Part shown: one piece after another, positions 20,880 through 27,684 of the stretch
Layout: every line of letters starts with the position of its first letter
How positions within the stretch are numbered: the stretch's first letter is position 1
DNA from: a virus
Taxonomy: Duplodnaviria; Caudoviricetes
Length of the DNA: 34,092 nucleotides
Virus record (IMG/VR): IMGVR_UViG_3300034965_000059
Coordinates: 1-34,092 of that record
Direction: 5' to 3' (one strand)
Program-made: the position numbers and the translations under genes
Notes under the pieces: model-generated
Seen by the model: the letters and a program-made list of their open reading frames with translations, nothing else
Databases searched by the model: none
What the model was told of the DNA's origin: nothing

Positions 20880-21035
20880 ATGAATATGTTAACTGCGGTC
20901 AATGTAGCTTTATTTTTTGCGGTCGCTTTTGGAATCTCAGAATCACTTGCCCAAATTCCTCAAGTAAAAGCTAATTCAGTATTTCAAGCCATTAAGAATA
21001 TTCTAGGAATGCTCAGTGGAAAATCAAACAGCTAA
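20880..21035 (+). CDS. Holin-like small membrane protein (51 aa)
   Basis: Strong SD AAGGAG. Manual translation MNMLTAVNVALFFAVAFGISESLAQIPQVKANSVFQAIKNILGMLSGKSNS. Follows the endolysin. Confidence 0.6.
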   Translation: MNMLTAVNVALFFAVAFGISESLAQIPQVKANSVFQAIKNILGMLSGKSNS

Positions 21036-21249
21036 TCCTAGTTTGCTAAGTGCAATTATTGCGCTTTTGTCGGCCCTCCCCAGAATACTTTCTCTAATCG
21101 AGAGAGTGGGGAGGGCCTTAAGCACGGCCGAGGGGCGTGAATGGTTAACTAAATTTGAAGCCACAATTGATGGCCTCGAGAAAGCAGCGAACAAAAATGA
21201 AAAGATTCAAGCCGCTCAAAATGTTGCCGCTGCTATTTCTACTCTCTAG
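21016..21249 (+). CDS. Possible inner-membrane spanin (i-spanin-like)
   Basis: N-terminal hydrophobic helix plus a helical tail. Overlaps the lipoprotein gene. Confidence 0.45.
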   Translation: MENQTANPSLLSAIIALLSALPRILSLIERVGRALSTAEGREWLTKFEATIDGLEKAANKNEKIQAAQNVAAAISTL

Positions 21250-21547
21250 ATGTGCCAGTGTGGACGAAAAAAAAATAACCTCAGGGCCTCATGTAGTCAG
21301 CTGCATAGTGGACAGGTCGGACGGAGGATACCAGTGTGCAAGTATTGATCGTGCTCCTTCGTTCGTTGCTTTCAAAGATGCTGACGACCTCAGGTGTGTC
21401 AGTCCAAGTCAACTTGAGCAGTTTCTTAAAGCCTGCAAAAAAAAGGAAGTTGTAGAACTTAATTTTTGTAGCCAAGAATGTGTGGATAATTCGTTTTGTG
21501 CGAGCCCAAATGATTGGAAGCGAATAGGGGAAAGGTGTGCTCAGTAA
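21197..21547 (+). CDS. Cys-rich lipoprotein, possible o-spanin
   Basis: MKRFKPLKMLPLLFLLSRC is a signal peptide with a lipobox-like Cys. Confidence 0.55.
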   Translation: MKRFKPLKMLPLLFLLSRCASVDEKKITSGPHVVSCIVDRSDGGYQCASIDRAPSFVAFKDADDLRCVSPSQLEQFLKACKKKEVVELNFCSQECVDNSFCASPNDWKRIGERCAQ

Positions 21548-21839
21548 ACCGAGAGCCAATAATAGAAAACGGTGTGATTCCTGCGGCAAGGGAATGAATC
21601 TAAAAGATGAGGACATGTGCGACCGATGCGACCGAGCTTTAGAGAAAAGCCAAGAAACCGAAATTAAGGCGCGAGAGAAAAAACACGCAGCTCAATTTAA
21701 GTGTAAAAAATGCGGCAATGGCTTACCTCTACATCGTGCCCGATATTGCATGGAATGCATTCCCGACCATGCCAGCTCAAACGGTATCAATCGTTCTATT
21801 CCGGTCGATCTCGCGGATGACGATTACATGTACTGTTGA
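21537..21839 (+). CDS. Zn-finger protein
   Basis: Four CxxC motifs. Confidence 0.65.
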   Translation: MLSKPRANNRKRCDSCGKGMNLKDEDMCDRCDRALEKSQETEIKAREKKHAAQFKCKKCGNGLPLHRARYCMECIPDHASSNGINRSIPVDLADDDYMYC

Positions 21840-21927
21840 ATTCTAAATGATTTGGGTGGGGATTCAAGATCACTGTAGATCTTAAAACATAGACTAAATT
21901 TCAATCCTAAGTTAAATTCCAAAAAGC

Positions 21928-21960
21928 AAAAAAAATGCCCCTACCGTGAAGTAGAGGCAT
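21928..21960 (-). terminator. Intrinsic terminator on the minus strand
   Basis: The minus strand reads AUGCCUCUAC-UUCACG-GUAGGGGCAU followed by a U run. The stem is fully paired (G-U) only on the minus strand. Confidence 0.75.
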
Positions 21961-22025
21961 CAAATTTAGTCTTGTTGGCTTGAACGACTTCTTAGCGGGA
22001 TGAATTCAAGCTGTGAACTGGTTAC
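21928..22025 (-). ncRNA. Putative counter-transcribed antisense RNA upstream of rep
   Basis: Bounded by a minus-strand promoter and terminator. Second stem GCTTGAA/TTCAAGC. No ORF in the track. Confidence 0.5.
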
Positions 22026-22031
22026 GAAGAT

Positions 22032-22060
22032 ACTCTACAAAATATATCAGTAGGTATCAA
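22032..22060 (-). promoter_or_regulatory. Promoter for the antisense RNA
   Basis: Minus strand TTGATA, 17-bp spacer, TAGAGT. Confidence 0.45.
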
Positions 22061-22125
22061 GTCAATTCACAAATCGCTCTGACAACGCGATTCCTTAAGA
22101 CAAAACTTAAAGGAAAACGCTTTAT

Positions 22126-22980
22126 ATGACGATGGTTAAAACCGAAGAAAAAACTCGCCAAAGACTAATTTTCTCTGCCGGGCAATTCGTAGAATGTAAT
22201 ATAGCTTCATCTATGACTAAAGGACTCCGAACATATGAAAGAACCAATGGCAAAGCCACGCTCAGCCTTACAGCCATAAGTAAGAAGCATGAGTTACCTA
22301 GTGGAAAAGATCGCTTACTATTTTACTGGCTTAGAACTCAGGCCACTATGAACAAATCGCGCATAATAGATTTCCCAGGAGTGAACGCAACGCTTGAGGA
22401 CATGAGACAAGAAGTGAATGGCAGAAATGCGAATTGGCTAAAGGACTCTATCCTTAGATCACATCATACCCACATCTATTATACTAAGGGTGATCTAATG
22501 AAAGGGGGCTCCTCTCAAGGGGAGCTCATCATTCCCAAAATTGAAGGGATCAATTTTGAAGAGAAAAGAAAGCATCAGAAAGGAAAGCTCACTGTAAGTG
22601 AGCATTTCTATGATGGGTCAAGCATTCCGATTGACCTTGAGGTCATTCAAAAACTTGGCAGATGCTGGATCGGAATGGACATGTATACCTTCGTCAATAA
22701 GCGGCTCTACTCTGAGAAACAAAGAGCTGGCAGAGACATTTTTATAAAGCCAGAAGAGCTTGCAAAGCAGTTCGGTTTTAGCCCAGACACTCAGCCAAAG
22801 GACATTAGGAGATACTTTGAAAGAGGGATAGATGCCCTGAAGGATGTTAACTATGCCGCAATCCCATACTTTAATGAAAACAAGACCTTCGTCATTCCTT
22901 ATGTAGAGCTGCGTTCCATTTTAACTTTAGAAGCTCAAATAGCATTTGAAGAATTAGATGAACGTGCTGGTCAACTATAG
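22126..22980 (+). CDS. repA: Plasmid-type replication initiator (RepA_C / IncW-like family)
   Basis: LPSGKDRLLFYWLRTQA...SRII and LTVSEHFY...IPIDLEVIQKL.....MDMYTFVNKRL resemble the RepA_C pattern (LPYG..RLLL.WL.TEA; LS..F....PVP.D....L.....LD.Y.WL..R). Iterons lie immediately downstream. Confidence 0.8.
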   Translation: MTMVKTEEKTRQRLIFSAGQFVECNIASSMTKGLRTYERTNGKATLSLTAISKKHELPSGKDRLLFYWLRTQATMNKSRIIDFPGVNATLEDMRQEVNGRNANWLKDSILRSHHTHIYYTKGDLMKGGSSQGELIIPKIEGINFEEKRKHQKGKLTVSEHFYDGSSIPIDLEVIQKLGRCWIGMDMYTFVNKRLYSEKQRAGRDIFIKPEELAKQFGFSPDTQPKDIRRYFERGIDALKDVNYAAIPYFNENKTFVIPYVELRSILTLEAQIAFEELDERAGQL

Positions 22981-22983
22981 GGC

Positions 22984-23013
22984 TTGTCCACACCCTAAAA
23001 TAAGTTATCCACA
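22984..23013 (+). promoter_or_regulatory. Two DnaA boxes
   Basis: TTGTCCACA (22984-92, one mismatch) and perfect TTATCCACA (23005-13), 21 bp apart. Confidence 0.8.
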
Positions 23014-23056
23014 TTATAATGGTAAATATCAACAAATATGCAAATTGTAATTTCAA

Positions 23057-23139
23057 GAATGTACTATCTGTCACCCGGAATGTACTATCTGTCACCAGAG
23101 AATGTACTATCTGTCACCCGGAATGTACTATCTGTCACC
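23057..23139 (+). repeat. Four iterons (replication origin)
   Basis: Identical 19-mer GAATGTACTATCTGTCACC at 23057, 23078, 23100 and 23121, with periods 21/22/21. Confidence 0.92.
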
Positions 23140-23304
23140 AACATGGCTGGAGAGCCGCTACCAGTGGGCTTCTCCAGTCCCTTCCTGAATCTTTTCCTAA
23201 ATTTCCCTGAATATCTCTCCTAAATGGGGAGGGAGCGGAAAATTTTCGATTCTCTCAAGGGTGGGATCGGGTAAGTAAACCAAACCGCTTTACACCCTAA
23301 TTTC

Positions 23305-23333
23305 TAGACTTTTGACGCTCGCTAGCCTATAAA
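23305..23333 (+). promoter_or_regulatory. Promoter of the recET operon
   Basis: TAGACT, 17-bp spacer, TATAAA. Confidence 0.45.
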
Positions 23334-23381
23334 GACCTAGTCCGACCAATTACAAACCACTTAGAAACTTTGGTGTCAGTT

Positions 23382-23429
23382 AGCCCTTGAGATCTTCCTT
23401 GGTCGGATGGATGTCGAGGGCTTTTTTTT
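23382..23429 (+). terminator. Intrinsic terminator/attenuator in the operon leader
   Basis: Stem AGCCCTTGA...TCGAGGGCT followed by T8. Confidence 0.72.
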
Positions 23430-23438
23430 GGAGTGCAT

Positions 23439-23612
23439 ATGAAAACAATTAATCAAAGGCTTGCCGTCGGGATGCTCTTGGCTTTAATGAATCCGAAAGA
23501 TTTTAAGACAAAAGGGAGAGCGATTTTTTCAGATTCTGAATTTAAAGAGATCAATAAATTTTTGAGTAAGAAACCAAGATCTTCTAAATCTAAAGCCAAG
23601 GCGAGCAAATGA
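23439..23612 (+). CDS. Small basic protein (57 aa)
   Basis: SD GGAG. Manual translation MKTINQRLAVGMLLALMNP...KAKASK. ATGA overlap with the recE-like gene. Confidence 0.6.
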   Translation: MKTINQRLAVGMLLALMNPKDFKTKGRAIFSDSEFKEINKFLSKKPRSSKSKAKASK

Positions 23613-24430
23613 GCTTGCCAGCCATCGTTGAAAACTTCGCACCCCACTGGAAGATCCTTTCCAACGCGGACTACCACGCAGACAAAACAGCAGTTAGCTC
23701 CACAGCCCTGAGAAGGGTCCTTAAATCGCCGAACTCCTTCTTGGTGGGCCAACGTGGTCAATCGATGAAAGAAACGCCTGCAATGGCATTTGGGAGCGCA
23801 GTGCATGCGGCCATATTGGAACCCGAGCTATTCAAATCCCATTATGTTATCGCACCAAAGTTCTCAGGTACTGGTAGCGTGAAAGCTAAAGCGGATTGGC
23901 GGTTAGAACTCCCCAAGGATGCTGTGATCATGGATGAGGACGACTACAACGCAGTCCTGGAGATAGTGAACTCAGTTATGAAGCGTAGGGACGTGTGTGG
24001 GATCTTGAAAAGCGGCAAAGCTGAGCTATCGGGCTATTATGCGGACCCAGAGACCGGTATCCTCTGTCGGATCCGCCCTGACTGGCTCAACATGCGTGCA
24101 GGGGTGATGCTGGATGTTAAAACAACTCAGGACATTCAGCTAGAGGAGTTCTCCAAAAGCATTTGGAATTACCGCTACGACTTCCAGTTTGGATTCTACA
24201 AAGAGGGCATCGAGTTAATCACTGGACGTGACGTTGACTCGTTCTTTTTGGCGATTCAAAAGACACCCCCATATGAATGCGCTTTATACCTCGCTGATGA
24301 GCTGCTAATAGAACGCGGAAAGTCTGATTATCACTTAGCCCTAAACAAATTAAAATCGTGTTTGGATAGTGGGGTTTTCGAAGGGTATCAACAAGGGATT
24401 CAGGAGATAGGATTGCCAGCATGGGCGTAA
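23609..24430 (+). CDS. recE: RecE-like PD-(D/E)XK exonuclease (exonuclease VIII / DUF3799)
   Basis: YHAD..VSST, FGSAVHAAILEP, CRIRPDW...DVKTT and YRYDFQFGFY motifs. Upstream of recT. Confidence 0.88.
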   Translation: MSLPAIVENFAPHWKILSNADYHADKTAVSSTALRRVLKSPNSFLVGQRGQSMKETPAMAFGSAVHAAILEPELFKSHYVIAPKFSGTGSVKAKADWRLELPKDAVIMDEDDYNAVLEIVNSVMKRRDVCGILKSGKAELSGYYADPETGILCRIRPDWLNMRAGVMLDVKTTQDIQLEEFSKSIWNYRYDFQFGFYKEGIELITGRDVDSFFLAIQKTPPYECALYLADELLIERGKSDYHLALNKLKSCLDSGVFEGYQQGIQEIGLPAWA

Positions 24431-24645
24431 ATTTCGATGAATTGTTAAAAGAAGATCCGAAAAGATTAATTAAATTGGCTAATGAAAAAATAATTAGCAA
24501 AGAAAAGGTTTTTGATTTGGTAAAATATCAGGCGAAACAGATAAAAAAGTTAACTGATATAAAATATTGTCACGCTTTAGAAGCTGTTTCCAAAAATTAT
24601 GGATTTAAAAATCTTTATGCATTTTCAAAATGGAAAGACATTTGA
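24421..24645 (+). CDS. Small protein with a 'glyoxalase superfamily protein'-like helical motif
   Basis: QAKQIKK...YCHALEAVSKNYGFKN pattern. AT-rich. Confidence 0.55.
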   Translation: MGVNFDELLKEDPKRLIKLANEKIISKEKVFDLVKYQAKQIKKLTDIKYCHALEAVSKNYGFKNLYAFSKWKDI

Positions 24646-24696
24646 TTTATATGGCTTTTGTGTTAAAAATTCTCAAACAAATGAAGGAAAAAAATA

Positions 24697-25599
24697 ATGA
24701 GTATCGTAAAAAGTGAATCAAGAAGTTTAACCCCACTCGGAGCCTTGCAACAGAGCTTGAAACAATATTTGCCGGAGTTTCAAAAGCAACTTCCTTCGAA
24801 TGTTGATCCTGAGAAATTTCTTAGAATCGTTTTAAATACCGTAGCGATGAACCCAGCGTTTTTGAAATGCGATAAAGCATCTCTTTTTGCTGCTGCTGCG
24901 AAATGCGCAGGCGATGGGTTGTTTCCAGATGGACGTGAAGCCGCGATGATCCCTTATGGCAATCAATGCCAATATCAAATCATGATTTACGGGGTCTATA
25001 AGAAGGCACGTAACTCAGGAGAGATTGCACTCCTTTGCGCTGAAATCGTATATCCAGGTGACCATTTTAAATTCGGTGTCAGCAGTGAACGAGGAAAATA
25101 CCTTGATCATCAACCCAAGTTTGATTCAGAGAGAGATGTAAAGGACGCCATTGCTGTCTATGCACTTTCCAAAACCAAAGACGGGGAATGTGATTTCGAA
25201 GTGATGACTCGGCAAGAGATTGAACACGTAAGAAATAAGTTTTCCAAAGCTGCAAAGGGTCCTGCTTGGACTGACTCTTGGGGAGAAATGGCCCGTAAGA
25301 CTGTAGTTAAGAAGCTTGCCAAACGTCTCCCAGCCTCTTCAGATGACAAAAACGATCTTCGGAAAATGCTCGACAAAGAAGACGAAAATTACGACGCGTC
25401 TCTTTCTGTTCCTAAGAGTAAAGCCGAGGAATTTACTGAAAAGTTCAGTAATATGTCTTCAGTTTCTGACGCTGAAATCGTTGGTGAGCAAGTGAATGAA
25501 GTCGAACTCGAAGACGTCAAACACGAGCCAGGATCTTTCGGCGCGTTCCAGGGTACGACTATTGAGTCGAACAATGGAAAAGTGATTAGTCCGAATTAA
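24697..25599 (+). CDS. recT: RecT single-strand annealing protein
   Basis: GLFPDGREAAMIPY, EIVYPGDHF and WTDSWGEMARKTVVKKLAKRLP motifs. Confidence 0.95.
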   Translation: MSIVKSESRSLTPLGALQQSLKQYLPEFQKQLPSNVDPEKFLRIVLNTVAMNPAFLKCDKASLFAAAAKCAGDGLFPDGREAAMIPYGNQCQYQIMIYGVYKKARNSGEIALLCAEIVYPGDHFKFGVSSERGKYLDHQPKFDSERDVKDAIAVYALSKTKDGECDFEVMTRQEIEHVRNKFSKAAKGPAWTDSWGEMARKTVVKKLAKRLPASSDDKNDLRKMLDKEDENYDASLSVPKSKAEEFTEKFSNMSSVSDAEIVGEQVNEVELEDVKHEPGSFGAFQGTTIESNNGKVISPN

Positions 25600-25600
25600 A

Positions 25601-25807
25601 ATGAAGTGTCAAAATTGCGGATCCGTTTATCATTCACGCCGTAAAACCTCGTGGGTTCAGCCCGAGGATATAAAGCGTTTGCACGTAGTGCAATATCCCT
25701 GTACTTCCACTCCCAGAGCCTATATACAGCCAATTCGTTCTTTGAAATTCAGATATACGGTTCGAGCGCGTAAAATCATCTTGCGCTCGGTAAAATCTGT
25801 AAAGTAA
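25601..25807 (+). CDS. Hypothetical basic protein
   Basis: Starts 1 nt after the recT stop. N-terminal CxxC. Confidence 0.4.
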   Translation: MKCQNCGSVYHSRRKTSWVQPEDIKRLHVVQYPCTSTPRAYIQPIRSLKFRYTVRARKIILRSVKSVK

Positions 25808-25827
25808 ATTACGAAACCTTTGAGACG

Positions 25828-25855
25828 TTGAAAGTCTAATCTGTTTGAGTATATT
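25828..25855 (+). promoter_or_regulatory. Putative promoter for the reRNA-like element
   Basis: TTGAAA, 16-bp spacer, TATATT. Confidence 0.4.
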
Positions 25856-25861
25856 TTCCAT

Positions 25862-26065
25862 TAGGAAGCTCAAACGTAAAAGAAAAGACTGGAGTCCAAA
25901 ATTAAGCCTGTCTCTCGGAGACTCTGGCGAAGGGCAGTGGGTCATGACCATAGCTCTGTAACTCCTGGAAGATTGTTCAGGAGCGATTCGGTTGTGAATC
26001 GCCCTCACGGGGAATCCCCTTCGTTTACGGAGGGGAGGACATCAAGGATCATGTGACTTTTAATT
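25862..26065 (+). ncRNA. IS200/IS605 TnpB-type reRNA (omega RNA) scaffold plus putative guide, with no tnpB
   Basis: GAAT, hairpin (TCCCCTTCG-TTTA-CGGAGGGGA), GGACA, TCAA matches an IS605 right end. The upstream AATTAAGCCTGT pairs with ACGGG, and GTCC can pair with GGAC as a pseudoknot. Confidence 0.68.
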
Positions 26066-26153
26066 GGGTACTTTTTTAGGGGCTTGTGGTCATTCTCAGG
26101 TTAAAAGATCCAGCAAGTGGAAATGTGGGCGCCCCTTTTTTTCGGGAGTAGGA

Positions 26154-26294
26154 ATGGAAAAAAAATACAGAGACGCGGCTTTGATTACTCTGATTCTCAT
26201 CCTTCTTTGCATCGGAGTTTTCTTAGCTGTGAGTGGGAGTGACCTTAGCCCTCCGACCTTGAGGCCAGTAGGTGAGCCACCGAGGTTTCCCTGA
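26154..26294 (+). CDS. Small single-pass membrane protein (46 aa)
   Basis: SD GGGAG. MEKKYRDAALITLILILLCIGVFLAV... Confidence 0.6.
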   Translation: MEKKYRDAALITLILILLCIGVFLAVSGSDLSPPTLRPVGEPPRFP

Positions 26295-26316
26295 AAAAGT
26301 TACGAGATTTGTTTGA

Positions 26317-26637
26317 TTACTTCCTCCAGTCCGTGTCATCCCAGGCTCCCTTGCCCATATTACAATCAACGCAGAGGATCTGTAGGTTGGTTTCATCTAG
26401 AGCTCGGTAAGGGTAGCGGTAACGCGGCTTGATATGGTCTACATGGATCTCAATTCCTTCTCCTTCAGCTCCGCAGGCCTCGCATTTGCGACCGCGTTTC
26501 AGCAGTACCTTGTACCTCAGAGTCCTCCACCGTTTGGATGAATAGAAGTCCGATCTTTTAGGCTGTGGCTTCACTCTGAGGATCCAAGCACCAGCTGATG
26601 TGGTAATCAAGATTAGGAGAAGTTGGTAAAGGTCCAT
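26317..26637 (-). CDS. HNH endonuclease (possible N-terminal TM segment)
   Basis: FYSSKRWRTLRY, CEACG, HVDHIKP and NLQILCVDCN motifs. Start uncertain (ATG 26637 or GTG 26574). Confidence 0.88.
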   Translation of the reverse strand: MDLYQLLLILITTSAGAWILRVKPQPKRSDFYSSKRWRTLRYKVLLKRGRKCEACGAEGEGIEIHVDHIKPRYRYPYRALDETNLQILCVDCNMGKGAWDDTDWRK

Positions 26638-26830
26638 GACAAAAAAAAACATACCCGAAAAAGAGCTGGAAAACGGACATTCTGATCAATGCTTTAAGCC
26701 GCAGTGCATTAGCGTCAGATGTGACAGCGAGTTTTTAAAGGGCTTCATGGTGGGTATCAAAACCCAGCTCGAGAAAATTACCGAGAGGATTGAGGAGCTT
26801 GAGAAGGGTTGGGATAGGGATGAAGGTTAA
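26636..26830 (+). CDS. Hypothetical protein
   Basis: 64 aa with H/C motif and a coiled-coil end. Confidence 0.5.
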   Translation: MTKKNIPEKELENGHSDQCFKPQCISVRCDSEFLKGFMVGIKTQLEKITERIEELEKGWDRDEG

Positions 26831-27056
26831 GGAACGTCTTGCAGCGGAATTTGCGGACAAGTCCATTAGAACAGACGAAGGGCCAGTCTTAAGCAATGTA
26901 ATAGCGTTCCTTGCTGGCTTTGAGACCGCAAGAAAAATGGTGATTACTATAATGCATCGTGAGTATCAAAAAGAGACGTTGATACGGGAAATTACGAACT
27001 TAGGCGAGCAAAGGATCAGGACCCGAGTTTTGAGAGAGGATGCGGAGAATCCGTGA
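26820..27056 (+). CDS. Hypothetical protein
   Basis: ATG 26820 with G-rich SD. AFLAGFE motif seen in small phage proteins. Confidence 0.55.
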   Translation: MKVKERLAAEFADKSIRTDEGPVLSNVIAFLAGFETARKMVITIMHREYQKETLIREITNLGEQRIRTRVLREDAENP

Positions 27057-27063
27057 CGATGTT

Positions 27064-27324
27064 TTAGTCTTTGTCAAAGTCTTCTAAATGATCCTCTAAT
27101 CGTGACAAATACCCTCTCAGTGATCCTATGACTAAAGCCCAGTATTCGTCTGGACACTGAATGTTATTTGCGAAATCACACGCTTCGTTAACTGCCTGTA
27201 ATAACATTTCTCTACATAATTTTTTTGCTTCTTTTTCTGAGTTCATGTCTCCGAAAATAACTTCAATTCTTTTTTTCATCTCAGCTCCCAAATTCCCAAA
27301 TCTCCCCGTCCGGGGTTTCATCAA
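27064..27324 (-). CDS. Hypothetical protein
   Basis: Leftward operon. Likely start at ATG 27279 after GGGAG. Confidence 0.55.
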   Translation of the reverse strand: MMKPRTGRFGNLGAEMKKRIEVIFGDMNSEKEAKKLCREMLLQAVNEACDFANNIQCPDEYWALVIGSLRGYLSRLEDHLEDFDKD

Positions 27325-27493
27325 TTGACTCTACAATGAAGTCTTCAGGCGCATGTGGCGCTTTGTATCTAATTTTGCTGAGTTCATCTTGTACGATGCT
27401 AGTACGTGTATCGCATCCGTATTTGAACCTAGGTAGTTTCTTGTCTGTCTCGAACGAGAATGTTTTAGGGTATTTGACGATTGTGATTTTCAT
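27281..27493 (-). CDS. Hypothetical protein
   Basis: 70 aa with SD AAGGA. Confidence 0.6.
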   Translation of the reverse strand: MKITIVKYPKTFSFETDKKLPRFKYGCDTRTSIVQDELSKIRYKAPHAPEDFIVESIDETPDGEIWEFGS

Positions 27494-27495
27494 GA

Positions 27496-27684
27496 CTACA
27501 ATTCCTTATACAAAGGCAATGTTTTTGCCAACTTTCCACATTCTAGACAAAAATTGCCATCTAGACCAAATCTATAGGGCTGATCAGGCTTGTTGCATCT
27601 ATAACAAGGACCTAACCAATGATCTTTTCTCAACGTTTCTAAGCTTAATTTTTTTATATGTTCAGGCTAATTTAAATCGTTCAT
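27496..27684 (-). pseudogene. Zn-finger gene interrupted by an in-frame TAG at codon 6
   Basis: MNDLN*PEHIKKLSLETLRKDHWLGPCYRCNKPDQPYRFGLDGNFCLECGKLAKTLPLYKEL. TAATG coupling to the upstream gene. Confidence 0.6.

Noticed and set aside
23057-23139. CRISPR array
   Set aside because: The repeats are separated by only 2-3 nt with no spacers. The rep gene and DnaA boxes indicate iterons. The ORFs crossing them (23019, 23038, 22892) are repeat artefacts.
25601-25807. TnpB C-terminal remnant
   Set aside because: Only a CxxCG is present. No DRD.NAA.NI RuvC-III motif appears in any frame near the scaffold.
25809-25875. IS605 left end (TTAC...AAAG, GTTTGAG/CTCAAAC hairpin)
   Set aside because: The spacing is off and the hairpin does not resemble the right-end hairpin. 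It cannot be fully excluded.
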